The notes beneath the pieces are model-generated. The model saw only the letters and a list, made by a program, of their open reading frames with translations. It did not search any database and was not told the DNA's origin. From Alphaproteobacteria bacterium (GTDB taxonomy: Bacteria; Pseudomonadota; Alphaproteobacteria; SP197), in assembly GCA_964291415.2 (NCBI GenBank), contig OZ219917.1, positions 448,001 to 512,000 on the forward strand: a stretch of 64,000 bases of DNA. The letters are read 5' to 3'. A program made the position numbers and the translations under genes. Positions 22,513 through 34,935 of this stretch are shown one piece after another (position 1 is the stretch's first letter; every line of letters starts with the position of its first letter).

Positions 22513-23287
22513 CCGTTCACTTCATCGGCGCCGGGCCGGGTGCGGCCGATCTCGTGACGGTGCGTGGCCGCAGACTGATCCGTTCATCGCCGCTCGTGCT
22601 TTACGCCGGTTCCCTGGTACCCCGCGAACTCGTTGCCGAAGCGGCTGCCGGTGCGCGCGTTGTCGACACCGCACCTCTTCATCTCGACGAGATCATCGAT
22701 CTCATGGCCGGGGCCAGCCACGCCGGTGACGATGTCGCCCGCCTGCAGTCCGGCGACCCCTCTCTCTACGGCGCCATCGCCGAGCAGATACGCCGCCTCG
22801 ACGCTCTCGGAATCGCCTGGGACATCACGCCGGGCGTTCCCTCGTTTGCCGCCGCCGCCGCCGCCATCGGCCGGGAACTCACCCTGCCGGAGGTCTCGCA
22901 GACGGTCATCCTCACGCGGACCGCCGTGCGGGCGAGCGCCATGCCGGAAGGCGAGAACCTGGCCGACCTGGCCCGCACCGGCGCCACCCTCGCGATCCAT
23001 CTCTCCGTCAACAACCTCGCGCGCGTTGTGCGCACGCTGGTTCTGCCCGGTGATCGTCGCCTATCGCGTCGGCTGGCCCGACGAGCTGCTGATCCACGGC
23101 ACGCTCGATGACATCGTTGTGACGGGACAGGGACCTCAGGCGCGGCTCTGCAGCCGGGTCCTCCGGGGAGGCCCGGATCACGCGAACGGCGCTCATTCTC
23201 GTCGGGCGCGTCCTCGACGGGACGGATTTCCGTTCAAGCATGCTCTACGACGAGACCCACCACCACGTGCTGCGGCCCCGGCGCTGA
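22509..23287 (+). pseudogene. cobM: Precorrin-4 C11-methyltransferase, frameshifted twice
   Basis: [11 protein letters not shown]...SGDPSLYG intact to ~23043; continues in a second frame ([14 protein letters not shown]), then after a ~40-nt insert in the third frame (ARITRTALILVG...LYDETHHH*). Confidence 0.85.
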
Positions 23288-23472
23288 ACAATGTTGCTGT
23301 TTCGAACTCCGGCGCGCTCGCCTGTCCGACGTCATGAGCCCCCATTGGTGTCGATCCAGGGAGGTAACCCGTCCTTACGGTCCGATTTCCGGTCCATGGG
23401 GCACGGTACAGCCCAGATTGGCAAACCACGCGAGACCTGCACATTCGACATCGGTTTCGCTGATTCTGACCA

Positions 23473-24044
23473 TCACGCCGCGGCTCTACCTGTTCCCAGA
23501 ATGAATCTTGCGCGTTCGCGGCGAAGCATCTCGTACGGGGTCATGCAGCGCAGGCCGAGGCCGATGCAGGCGTTCGGAATCTTTATCTTGCTGGCGGTGT
23601 CTGCGGGAACTTCGTGCGTGACGACGATGCACTCGTGCACACCCCCAATCACGCCGATTGATCAACCAATCCAGCGAGTCACTTGAGGGTCGATGAAGTT
23701 CCGGCTAGGGCATGGGCGACCAGCCAGTAGTCGGCAATCTGCAGGAAGGTTGCGACGGCAGTCGGTTGGTATCCATAGCCGCTCGCCCAATCGCTCACGG
23801 TGCGGAGCGCCGGCAAAATCGAGTCATCCAGCGGCAGAAAGAAACCGTCGCCCCGATCTGCAGCCCACTCGGCCAGTTCGTCCCCTCCGGCCTGAAGTTC
23901 GTCGGCAACCTTCTCGATGCTCGCGACCTTGCCCGCGCGATTTTGCTCAACCAGCCAGTCCCAGAAGGCGGGACAGAAATCAAAGCCGTAGTGCAGATTC
24001 TTGGCCTGGATGAAGACGTTCGAATCGACGAGGTAGGTTGTCAT
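23473..24044 (-). pseudogene. DUF4411-family PIN-like protein interrupted by a 65-bp insertion
   Basis: N-part YLVDSNVFIQAKNLHYGFDFCPAFWDWL...ADYWLVAHALA (24044-23703) plus C-part HECIVVTHE...KIKIPNAC...MLRRE (23637-23473) join into a 168-aa protein. Confidence 0.85.
23638..23702. other. 65-bp foreign insertion inside the DUF4411 gene (possible IS scar)
   Basis: Removing it restores the reading frame; it carries in-frame stops; no obvious terminal inverted repeats or target duplication. Confidence 0.65.
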
Positions 24045-25195
24045 CCCATCACCCCGGCTTCGCGCCCGAGATTGTTGAAGGTCTCAGTCTTCTTGACCCC
24101 TAACATCCGGAACGCGTCCCGATACAGCGTCTGGCCCTCGAGTGTGCTCACCACCAGTGCGCGTGCGAACCGTCGCCCGACACGCGCGACCGTTGTACGA
24201 TAGAAATTGCCGCCGTCGTTGCCCGTCTGGACCTGCGTGCTCAGACGCACGTTTTCTTGCGTCCAGGCCGAGTCAAAGCGCTCGCGAGTCAGCCATCCCG
24301 CATCGAGCAGGCGGCGCAGAATGACCAGTGTGCTGACCTTGAAAATGCGCGCCAGCCGGAGCAGAGACTCGTCCAGGGGCTCGTTTCGTCGCAAGTCGGA
24401 TTGCAGAACACTCAGTGGCACCAGAAGTTCGGCCGCTACCGCGTTGCACCACACCTCCTCACGGCAGAACCCCGAACCTGGCGCGGCTCCGAGATTCGAC
24501 AGTGCGGAGGCGCCAAGCCAGACATGCGCCAGTTCGTGTGCGAGCGTGAACATCTGCGCCGCTTTGGTATCCTTGCCGTTGACGAAGATCAGCGGCGCGA
24601 GTGGATCGCATAGCGCGAAACCACGGAACTCGGCGGGGTCGAGAGGGCGGCTGGTGTTGCTCATCACGATACCGCTCACCATGACGAGAATGCCGGCCTC
24701 GTCGGCCTGGCGGATGAACAGACGAAGAGCATCGGCCCAGGTCTGACACTCCCGGCGGGTGTCGAGATCGAAGCTCAAAGCCTCCCGCATCCGCGTGGCG
24801 ACGGTTTCCGGAGACATGCCTATGGAGGCACTGCCGACGAAGCCGAGATCCGGATTGCCAGCAACGCGGGCGAAATTCCGATACCAACTCTGCCGTTCCT
24901 GGCAAGTGTAGATCGTGTCCAGCAGATTCGGGCTGGGTCGCGTGATCGTGCGTCCTGCGAAGGTTCGGAAGTCCGGAATCGGAATGGTCTCCTCGGGCGG
25001 CTTCGAGAGGAACAGATAGCCGACTGGCACATGGAGATTTCGTGCCAGGGCTTCAGCCTGTTTCAAGGTGGGCTGAGTCTGGCCATCCTCCCACTCCGAC
25101 AGTCTCTTGAACTTCGTCGCCAGATCTTCCTGTGTGACACCGGCACGCTCACGCGCCCAACGCAAGATCTCCGGACTTACGGGAGCAAGCGTCAT
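24041..25195 (-). CDS. XRE-HTH + ImmA/IrrE (DUF955/M78) Zn-metallopeptidase
   Basis: N-terminal HTH (LRWARERAG...WEDGQTQPTLKQ), PDFRT, EFRGFAL, FTLAHELAH (HExxH), EVWCNAVAAELL. Confidence 0.9.
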   Translation of the reverse strand: MTLAPVSPEILRWARERAGVTQEDLATKFKRLSEWEDGQTQPTLKQAEALARNLHVPVGYLFLSKPPEETIPIPDFRTFAGRTITRPSPNLLDTIYTCQERQSWYRNFARVAGNPDLGFVGSASIGMSPETVATRMREALSFDLDTRRECQTWADALRLFIRQADEAGILVMVSGIVMSNTSRPLDPAEFRGFALCDPLAPLIFVNGKDTKAAQMFTLAHELAHVWLGASALSNLGAAPGSGFCREEVWCNAVAAELLVPLSVLQSDLRRNEPLDESLLRLARIFKVSTLVILRRLLDAGWLTRERFDSAWTQENVRLSTQVQTGNDGGNFYRTTVARVGRRFARALVVSTLEGQTLYRDAFRMLGVKKTETFNNLGREAGVMG

Positions 25196-26145
25196 TCTGT
25201 TGCCTCCGAACCGTAGTCCGAGGCTGCCTTGGCCACCTGTTCCGATTGCCATTCGCCATAAGACACACTCGATCCCTCGACTTTCCAGGATGTGCGTCCG
25301 TTGTCGGGCCGTCCGAGAACAACGGCAGACGCTGCACTTGGGCTCCCAAACACGACCTCCTCGGCAAAGCGCAGAAAATCGCCTTCCCCTGCGACGAGTT
25401 TGCCCGACTTGGCAAGTTGCGCATGAAGTCTTGCGTAACTGTGGTTAGTCTTGCTCATCCAAGCGACGACCGCTGTAGAGCCTTCCAGCACCACGAATTC
25501 GCCGCCGACTTCGCGCGCCTTGGCTTCAATTCCATGCTTCTTACTGGACAACCAGAAGGTGGGAGCATGATTGCTGTCTGTCGGGGAGATGACAGTTTCC
25601 GAATCCGTTTGGGAAGCAGGCTTGTGTTGCCGCAGAAAGTCGAAGCCAAGAACAGGCAAGATAAGCCTGAGCTGTTCAATGAAGAACTCCATGTCGGATT
25701 CGTCGGCTTCGGGTAGCCCGGGTGTTGGCGGTGCTGTCCCGTTCACGACATTGGCGTTGCCGGAAGCGTTTGCGATGGCAATCAGACGCGCTTCCAGATA
25801 GCGCGCATGCGCCTTCGTTATGTTCTGATCCTTGCTAGTGACCACACAGGTGCGTTCCCAGAAGTCCTTTCCCTCATCCTTGTTGTGCTGCACGAGCCGT
25901 TTGCGGACGACATCGCTCTCGCCTATGTAGACCAGGAGCATTCCGGAGCCCTCTGGATCGGGTCCGGTGAGAAAGTAGACACCGGTGCGCTCAAGTTCTG
26001 CGCGCTTCAGGAAGGCCGGCAGCCCGCTTCGGGATCCGGTGAGAACATGGCCCGTCCAGTTCATGATCTCCGCCGTGGTGAGCCCCGCAGCGGCACCTTC
26101 TGCGAGGAAAAGTCGAACCGTCTTTCCGAGCAATGGATTTGTCAT
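25192..26145 (-). CDS. GIY-YIG nuclease with a C-terminal DUF4357 (RAMA-like) domain
   Basis: GVYFL...VYIGES..RL.QH, YLEARLI; C-terminal FVVLEGS...FGSPSAASAVVLGRPDNGRTSWK. Confidence 0.88.
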   Translation of the reverse strand: MTNPLLGKTVRLFLAEGAAAGLTTAEIMNWTGHVLTGSRSGLPAFLKRAELERTGVYFLTGPDPEGSGMLLVYIGESDVVRKRLVQHNKDEGKDFWERTCVVTSKDQNITKAHARYLEARLIAIANASGNANVVNGTAPPTPGLPEADESDMEFFIEQLRLILPVLGFDFLRQHKPASQTDSETVISPTDSNHAPTFWLSSKKHGIEAKAREVGGEFVVLEGSTAVVAWMSKTNHSYARLHAQLAKSGKLVAGEGDFLRFAEEVVFGSPSAASAVVLGRPDNGRTSWKVEGSSVSYGEWQSEQVAKAASDYGSEATE

Positions 26146-26669
26146 GGCCTCAATCGTCTACCCTTGCGCAACAGGACAGGTCTTCCGCGTCCGCACGCAG
26201 CAGCGTTGGCCGCACCTTGGTATCAATCCGCGGCCCGACGGATGTTGCGTCTTCCGATTCATTATACCTGCCCAGCGAGTCGATGGATCGGAACCGCCCA
26301 TCAGGAGCACGGAATCTCCAGTTTTCGTATCACACACTCTCGCAACCCCGCCGTCATGGACTCATCGAACCTCTTGAGGCTGGGAAATGACCACCCGGCG
26401 ACTGCGCGCATCTAGACCCCGTTCCGTGCAGCCGCTCATTTCGATGGTGCTTGCAATTGTGGAGCATCCCAAAACCCTCCAGGAGATACGCATCATTTTG
26501 GGCATTGCAGGCGTCGCCTTCGCGTTGGCTGTAGCTCCCGTTGACTTGCATCCTGCCGCCGCATCCAGACAAGCGGCAGAGTATGGTGTTCCCGGTTTTC
26601 TCGCCATCGCAGTGTTCGGGCCACGTATTCGGGCGATGCGAATCTGTTCCAGGGACGCAGGAGAAAGGC

Positions 26670-27539
26670 TCAGTTATCCCAGCGGCGGTGGAGCCACAGC
26701 CACTGCTCGGGGTATTCGCGGATCCAGTCTTCGTAGGTGGCGTTGATCGCCCGCAGCATGGCGTGAACGTCCTTTTCCGGGTCTCCGGTCCTGTCGATTT
26801 CCAGGGGCTGGAAGAGGTGCACGTGAAAGCGTGCCCTGGGCTTGCGCAGGACGCGGATGGGAATGAGCGGGATGTCGTGCCGGAGCGCCAGTTCGGCAAG
26901 GGCCGGAGCGGTCTTCGCCTCCCGGCCGAAGAAGGGGACCGCGACCCCTTGCGAGTACTTCTGGTCGGCGAGGACGGCGATGGCGCCCTTGCGGCGTATG
27001 CCCTTCAACACCATCTGGGAGCCCTTGCGTCCCTTCGGCGCCCATGTGCCGCCGCATTGGAGCCGGCACGCCTGGATCAGGCGCTCGGCCAGCGGATTGT
27101 TCGCCTGGCGGTAGATGACGGTGACGTCGATGTCCTTCTGGGTGGCGAGCAGGGTGCCGAGGTCGAAGCAGCCGAAGTGGGCGCCCACGAAGATTGCCGG
27201 CAGGTTGGCGAATTCATCGAGACCCGGGTCGCGGGTAATGGTCACGCGCGTGCCGCCATAGACGTCGATGGCGTGGAGATGCGGAAACTCGGCCACGAGA
27301 CGCCCGAAGTTGTCCCACATGCCGGTGATGATGCGCTGCACCTCGTCCCCGGCGATGCCGGGAAAACTCCCCTCGATGTTGCGCCGGGCGATCCGGTTGC
27401 GCGAGACGGCGACGCGTCCTGCGAGGCGTCCGAGACAACCGCCGAGAGCCGAGGCGCTCTCGATCCCGATGGCCCGGAACAGCGTGAATCCCAGCCACAG
27501 GAATCCGGCTTCGATGACTTCGCGCGGACCTGCCTTCAT
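26670..27539 (-). CDS. htrB: Lipid A lauroyl/myristoyl acyltransferase (HtrB/LpxL family)
   Basis: HFGCFD (HX4D/E), LADQK, VPFFG, PEQWLWLHRRW; follows lpxK. Confidence 0.9.
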   Translation of the reverse strand: MKAGPREVIEAGFLWLGFTLFRAIGIESASALGGCLGRLAGRVAVSRNRIARRNIEGSFPGIAGDEVQRIITGMWDNFGRLVAEFPHLHAIDVYGGTRVTITRDPGLDEFANLPAIFVGAHFGCFDLGTLLATQKDIDVTVIYRQANNPLAERLIQACRLQCGGTWAPKGRKGSQMVLKGIRRKGAIAVLADQKYSQGVAVPFFGREAKTAPALAELALRHDIPLIPIRVLRKPRARFHVHLFQPLEIDRTGDPEKDVHAMLRAINATYEDWIREYPEQWLWLHRRWDN

Positions 27540-28513
27540 GATGCGGCAATCCCGACCCGATCGATCAGGGCATCAAGGGCGTCCTCTTCCCGGAACACCA
27601 TGCGTACCGGAACCGGCTCGGCCAGGGGACGCGTTGCTTCATCGAGGCGCACCCAGTCCTTTTCCGTCGTCACAAGCCTCGCGCCGAGGGCGTTTGCTTC
27701 CTCGAACATCGCGGTCACGGTCATCGGATCATACCGGTGATGATCGGCAAAGCTCCGTGTCTTCACCACGTCGGCGCCATGTTCCTCGAGAGTGGCGAAG
27801 AACTTGCCGGGCCTGGCGATCCCGGCGAAGGCGAAGAGCGGCAGGCCGTCACCCGGAATGCGACCGGCCTGCAGGCGGGCATGGAGGACGCACAGACCCT
27901 CGTCCGCCAGCGTCTTGCCCAGGCTGCGGGGATCATCGCCGACGATGACCGCCGTGCCGGCGCGCGACAGTGCGTCGGCCAGGGGCTCGCGCAAGGGTCC
28001 GGCAGGCAACACCTTCGCGTTGCCGAAACCGCGTGGGCCGTCAATGACGATGAAGGAGAGCGTGCGGGCGAGACGGGCGTTCTGCAGGCCGTCATCCATG
28101 ACAAGAATGTCGGCACCGGCGTTGACCGCCGCCGCTGCCGCCCGCGCCCTGTTCCTTGCCACCCAGACCGGTGCATGGCGTGCCAGCAGAAGGGGCTCGT
28201 CCCCCACGTCGCGGGAGGTGTGGCGCCCGGGATCAACGGTCACCGGCCCGGCGCAGCGGCCGCCATAGCCGCGCGACAGGATGTGGGGTTGCCAGCCGCG
28301 GGAAGAGAGCCGGTCGGTGAGAGCCCGCGCCGCAGGCGTCTTGCCGCCGCCGCCCACGGTGACATTGCCGACACACAACACGGGTACCGGCGCCCTCCAG
28401 GGCCGCGTCGCCGTTCTGCTGAGGCGCGTTGCCGCGGTCCACACGCCGGCAAGGGGCTGCAGGGCCCGTGCCGTCAGGCCGTCACTCTCCCAGAATGCCG
28501 GCTCGCGGATCAT
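27536..28513 (-). CDS. lpxK: Tetraacyldisaccharide 4'-kinase
   Basis: VGNVTVGGGGKTP, SRGYG, GDEPLLL, DDGLQ, PAGPLRE, TTEKD. Confidence 0.96.
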   Translation of the reverse strand: MIREPAFWESDGLTARALQPLAGVWTAATRLSRTATRPWRAPVPVLCVGNVTVGGGGKTPAARALTDRLSSRGWQPHILSRGYGGRCAGPVTVDPGRHTSRDVGDEPLLLARHAPVWVARNRARAAAAAVNAGADILVMDDGLQNARLARTLSFIVIDGPRGFGNAKVLPAGPLREPLADALSRAGTAVIVGDDPRSLGKTLADEGLCVLHARLQAGRIPGDGLPLFAFAGIARPGKFFATLEEHGADVVKTRSFADHHRYDPMTVTAMFEEANALGARLVTTEKDWVRLDEATRPLAEPVPVRMVFREEDALDALIDRVGIAAS

Positions 28514-29778
28514 GGCTCCTGATCGAAGAGCGGTTGCAGTGCCTCGAAGGCCCGGTCCAGCACACCTGCGGCGTCATCTTCGACGATGGTCCTCGCCCGT
28601 TCACCCATGGTGCGGCAGGCCGGTTCATCTCCAAGTAGTCCGGCGATATGGTGGCGCAGGGACGCGGCATCGGCAACCTCGACGGCCCCGCCCGCCGCCA
28701 CGAGCCTGCGGGCGATATCGGCGAAGTTCTGCATGTGCGGTCCGAACACGGTCGCCTTTCCCAGCCATGCCGCCTCGCGCGGGTTGTGACCACCGTGTTC
28801 AAGCATGGATTTGCCGATGAAGACCGGATTGCCGAGACCGAGATAGAGGCCCATCTCTCCGATGCTGTCGCCGAGGAAGATATCCGTGGCGGAGTCCGGC
28901 ATGTCCGCGTGCGACCGTCGCGCTACCGTGAGACCGCGCGCCATTGCCTCGTCGGCAATGCCGTCGGCCCGTGCCGGATGGCGTGGCACGATAACCGTGA
29001 GCAGCCCGTCGATCGTGGCGGTCAGATCCAGGTGAATGTCGCAGGCCAGCCGTTCCTCGCCTTCGTGTGTGCTGATCGCCAGCCAGACACGGCGCCCCGC
29101 CACGGCGTCTCCCAAACACGCCAGGACCTCCGGATCAGCCTGGGGCGGGCCGGCTGTCGCCTTGAGATCGCCGGTGACCACGACCCGCGCTGCACCCAGG
29201 GCGGCGAACTGCCTGCCCTGGCTGTTGCCGGGGACAAGGATGGTGGTGAAGCCGCCAACAAGCCTGCGGCTGAAGGCAGGAAGGCGACTCCACCGGGCAA
29301 AGGAGCGATCGGACAGACGTCCGTTCACGAGCGCGGTGGGAATGTGCCGACGCTGCGCCTCAAGGAGGAGATTGGGCCACAGTTCCGATTCGACCCACAG
29401 GGCTGCATCCGGTCGCCACCTGTCGAGGAAGCGCGCCACCGCTCCCGGAGTGTCGAAGGGGATGTACTGGTGGATGGAACCGGGCGGCTGCCGCATCGCC
29501 AGTGCCGCGGCAGCCGAGGTCGTCATGGTGGTGAAGAGAACGCCCGTGCCATGGGCTCGGGTCAGTCTTTCGGCAAGGGGCAGCACGGACAGAGACTCTC
29601 CGACGCTGGCGGCATGGATCCACAGGAGAGGTCCTTCGGGTCGCGAAACCGTGCTCCGTCCGAGCCGTTCCTCCCGGCGCGCCGGATCCTCCTTGCCGCG
29701 CCGCAGGCGCCGCTCGATGAGGAGGGGAGCAAGGGGTTCGAGGAGGGCAGTGGTGTGGCGGTAGAGTCCCTGGATCAT
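28510..29778 (-). CDS. waaA: Kdo transferase
   Basis: WIHAASVGE, ESELWPNL, NGRLS, STHEGEE, VPRHP, GGHNP. Confidence 0.95.
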   Translation of the reverse strand: MIQGLYRHTTALLEPLAPLLIERRLRRGKEDPARREERLGRSTVSRPEGPLLWIHAASVGESLSVLPLAERLTRAHGTGVLFTTMTTSAAAALAMRQPPGSIHQYIPFDTPGAVARFLDRWRPDAALWVESELWPNLLLEAQRRHIPTALVNGRLSDRSFARWSRLPAFSRRLVGGFTTILVPGNSQGRQFAALGAARVVVTGDLKATAGPPQADPEVLACLGDAVAGRRVWLAISTHEGEERLACDIHLDLTATIDGLLTVIVPRHPARADGIADEAMARGLTVARRSHADMPDSATDIFLGDSIGEMGLYLGLGNPVFIGKSMLEHGGHNPREAAWLGKATVFGPHMQNFADIARRLVAAGGAVEVADAASLRHHIAGLLGDEPACRTMGERARTIVEDDAAGVLDRAFEALQPLFDQEP

Positions 29779-31562
29779 GGCACCCTGGCGGAGCCGTCGA
29801 CAGTTTCCTCCTCGACCGGCTGCAGGCGTGACAACTGGGCATAGAGTCCGCCCTGGGCCAGCAACGTGTCGTGGGTGCCGGACTCGACGATTCGTCCATC
29901 ATTGAGGACATGGATGACGTCGGCATCGGCAATGGTGCTGAGCCGGTGGGCCACGACAATCGATGTACGGCCGCTGGTAAGGCGGGCGAGGGCCTGCTGG
30001 ACCTGGCGTTCCGATTCGGAATCAAGGGAGCTGGTGGCTTCGTCAAGAATGAGGATCGGCGCGTCGCGCAGCACGGCCCGGGCGATGGAGATTCTCTGTC
30101 GCTGGCCTCCCGACAGGCGGATGCCGTTTTCGCCGATGAGAGTCCCGTAGCCGTGGTCGAGTTTCTCGATGAAGTGGTGGGCGTCGGCAACCCGTGCCGC
30201 CGCCTCGATCTCGTCCGGCGAGGCGTTCGGCTTGCCGAAGGCAATGTTGGCCTCGATGGTGTCGTTGAAGAGCACGACCTCCTGGCTCACAACGGCAACC
30301 GCGTCGCGCAGGCTCGCCAGGGTAACGTCACGCACGTCGAAACCGTCGATCGAGATTTCTCCCCTGTCGACATCGTAGAAGCGGGCAACAAGGTTGAGGG
30401 CGGTCGATTTTCCGGCGCCCGAGGGTCCGACGAGGGCGGTGGTCTGACCGGCCGGCGCCTCGAAGGACACGTCATCGAGGATCGGCTTGTCATGGTAGGC
30501 AAATGAGACGTCATCGAACCTCACCGTGCCACCCTCGACTGACAGCGGTCGAGCGTTCTCGCGATCCTGGATTGCCGGTCTGATGTCGATGAGGGCGAAC
30601 ACCCGCTGGGCGGCGGCCAACCCCTGCTGCAGGGTGTTGTTGAGGCGGGCAAAGCTCTTGAGAGGCCGGTAGGCGAGGAGCAGGGCGGTGATGAAGCTGA
30701 AGAAGGCGCCGGGAGTGGTGGTGCCCTCGATGACCTTGAGCCCGCCGTAGACGATGGTGGCGCCAATGGCGATGCCGGCCAGGGATTCCATGATGGGCGA
30801 GATCGATTCGCTGGTCTTTACGGTCCTGACACTGCGCCGGAAGAGAAGGTGGATTCGGTCGCCAAGGCGCGCCATGTGGTGGCCTTCCTGACCGTAAGCC
30901 TTGATGTGGCGGATGCCGCGGAGCATGTCGGAAATGAAGCTCGTGATGTGCTCGCGCTCGATCGCCACCTCGCGCGATCTGATCCTGACCTTGCGTCCGA
31001 TCCTCTGGACGCTGGCGAAGGCGGCGGGGAAGATGAAGAACGAAATGAGGCCCAGGACCCAGTCCTGGTAGAACATCATGGCGGCGAGGAAGATGAGGGT
31101 CAGCAGGTCCTTGACCATCGTTGTCAGGGTCTGCGCCACCGTCGACTGCAGGGCGTCGACGTTGGTCATGCACCCGGCGATCAGGGCGCCGGTCGAGGCC
31201 TTGTGGAAATACGCCAGGTCGGCGCGAATCAGACTGCGGCAGACCCTTTCTCGTATGTCCGCGACGATGCGCATGGAGGTGCGGGCCATGATCACCGCCT
31301 GGGCGTACTCCGAAAGACCCTTGACGAAGAAGAGCAGGAAGACGGCAATGGTGATCCACACCAGTTGTCCGCGATCCTTCTCGATGAAGACCTCGTCGAG
31401 GATGGGCTGGACCAGCCAGGCATAGCCCGCCGTGCTGCCGGCGACGAGACCCATGAAGACGATGGCGACGAGAATGCGCGGGATGTAGCGGCGGACATGT
31501 TCACGCACGATGCGCTCGACAATGGCGCGTGTCGTGAGATCGACAGTGTCGGTTGTTGTCAT
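29775..31562 (-). CDS. msbA: Lipid A flippase ABC transporter (MsbA-like)
   Basis: TM domain plus GPSGAGKS, LSGGQRQR, LDEATS; upstream of waaA-lpxK. Confidence 0.88.
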   Translation of the reverse strand: MTTTDTVDLTTRAIVERIVREHVRRYIPRILVAIVFMGLVAGSTAGYAWLVQPILDEVFIEKDRGQLVWITIAVFLLFFVKGLSEYAQAVIMARTSMRIVADIRERVCRSLIRADLAYFHKASTGALIAGCMTNVDALQSTVAQTLTTMVKDLLTLIFLAAMMFYQDWVLGLISFFIFPAAFASVQRIGRKVRIRSREVAIEREHITSFISDMLRGIRHIKAYGQEGHHMARLGDRIHLLFRRSVRTVKTSESISPIMESLAGIAIGATIVYGGLKVIEGTTTPGAFFSFITALLLAYRPLKSFARLNNTLQQGLAAAQRVFALIDIRPAIQDRENARPLSVEGGTVRFDDVSFAYHDKPILDDVSFEAPAGQTTALVGPSGAGKSTALNLVARFYDVDRGEISIDGFDVRDVTLASLRDAVAVVSQEVVLFNDTIEANIAFGKPNASPDEIEAAARVADAHHFIEKLDHGYGTLIGENGIRLSGGQRQRISIARAVLRDAPILILDEATSSLDSESERQVQQALARLTSGRTSIVVAHRLSTIADADVIHVLNDGRIVESGTHDTLLAQGGLYAQLSRLQPVEEETVDGSARVP

Positions 31563-31629
31563 CGGCGCTCGCGCGGAAGGGTTCCGGATGAGTGTTCTAC
31601 CGCAAGACAGCGCGTCATGCGCCACTTCA

Positions 31630-34796
<3,167 letters not shown>

Positions 34797-34841
34797 TCAG
34801 GCCGGCGCTAGGCCCAGAGCTGATGTCCCGAAACCGATCAT
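34797..34841 (-). promoter_or_regulatory. Candidate leuA leader peptide (MIGFGTSALGLAPA*), followed by a hairpin
   Basis: AGGTAGAGG RBS; Leu codons CTG and CTA (typically rare in high-GC genomes); CGGCACC...GGTGCCG stem immediately after the stop (~34771-34795). Confidence 0.5.
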
Positions 34842-34935
34842 GGCCTCTACCTAGTGTTGTCGTTCGAAGGAGTCAAGGCGTTGACGCCCACTCCGCGGGC
34901 CTGAACGCACCATCCGTCAACCGGGCCGGACAGGG

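Noticed and set aside
23291-23686. 131-aa plus-strand ORF
   Set aside because: Largely antisense to the C-terminal half of the split DUF4411 gene
26146-26669. att repeat or IS end bounding the defence islet; small membrane ORF 26387-26746
   Set aside because: Only a 10-bp match (CCAGCGAGTC) to the 65-bp insert, which could be chance; the ORF overlaps htrB and has no identifiable family, so it is probably debris
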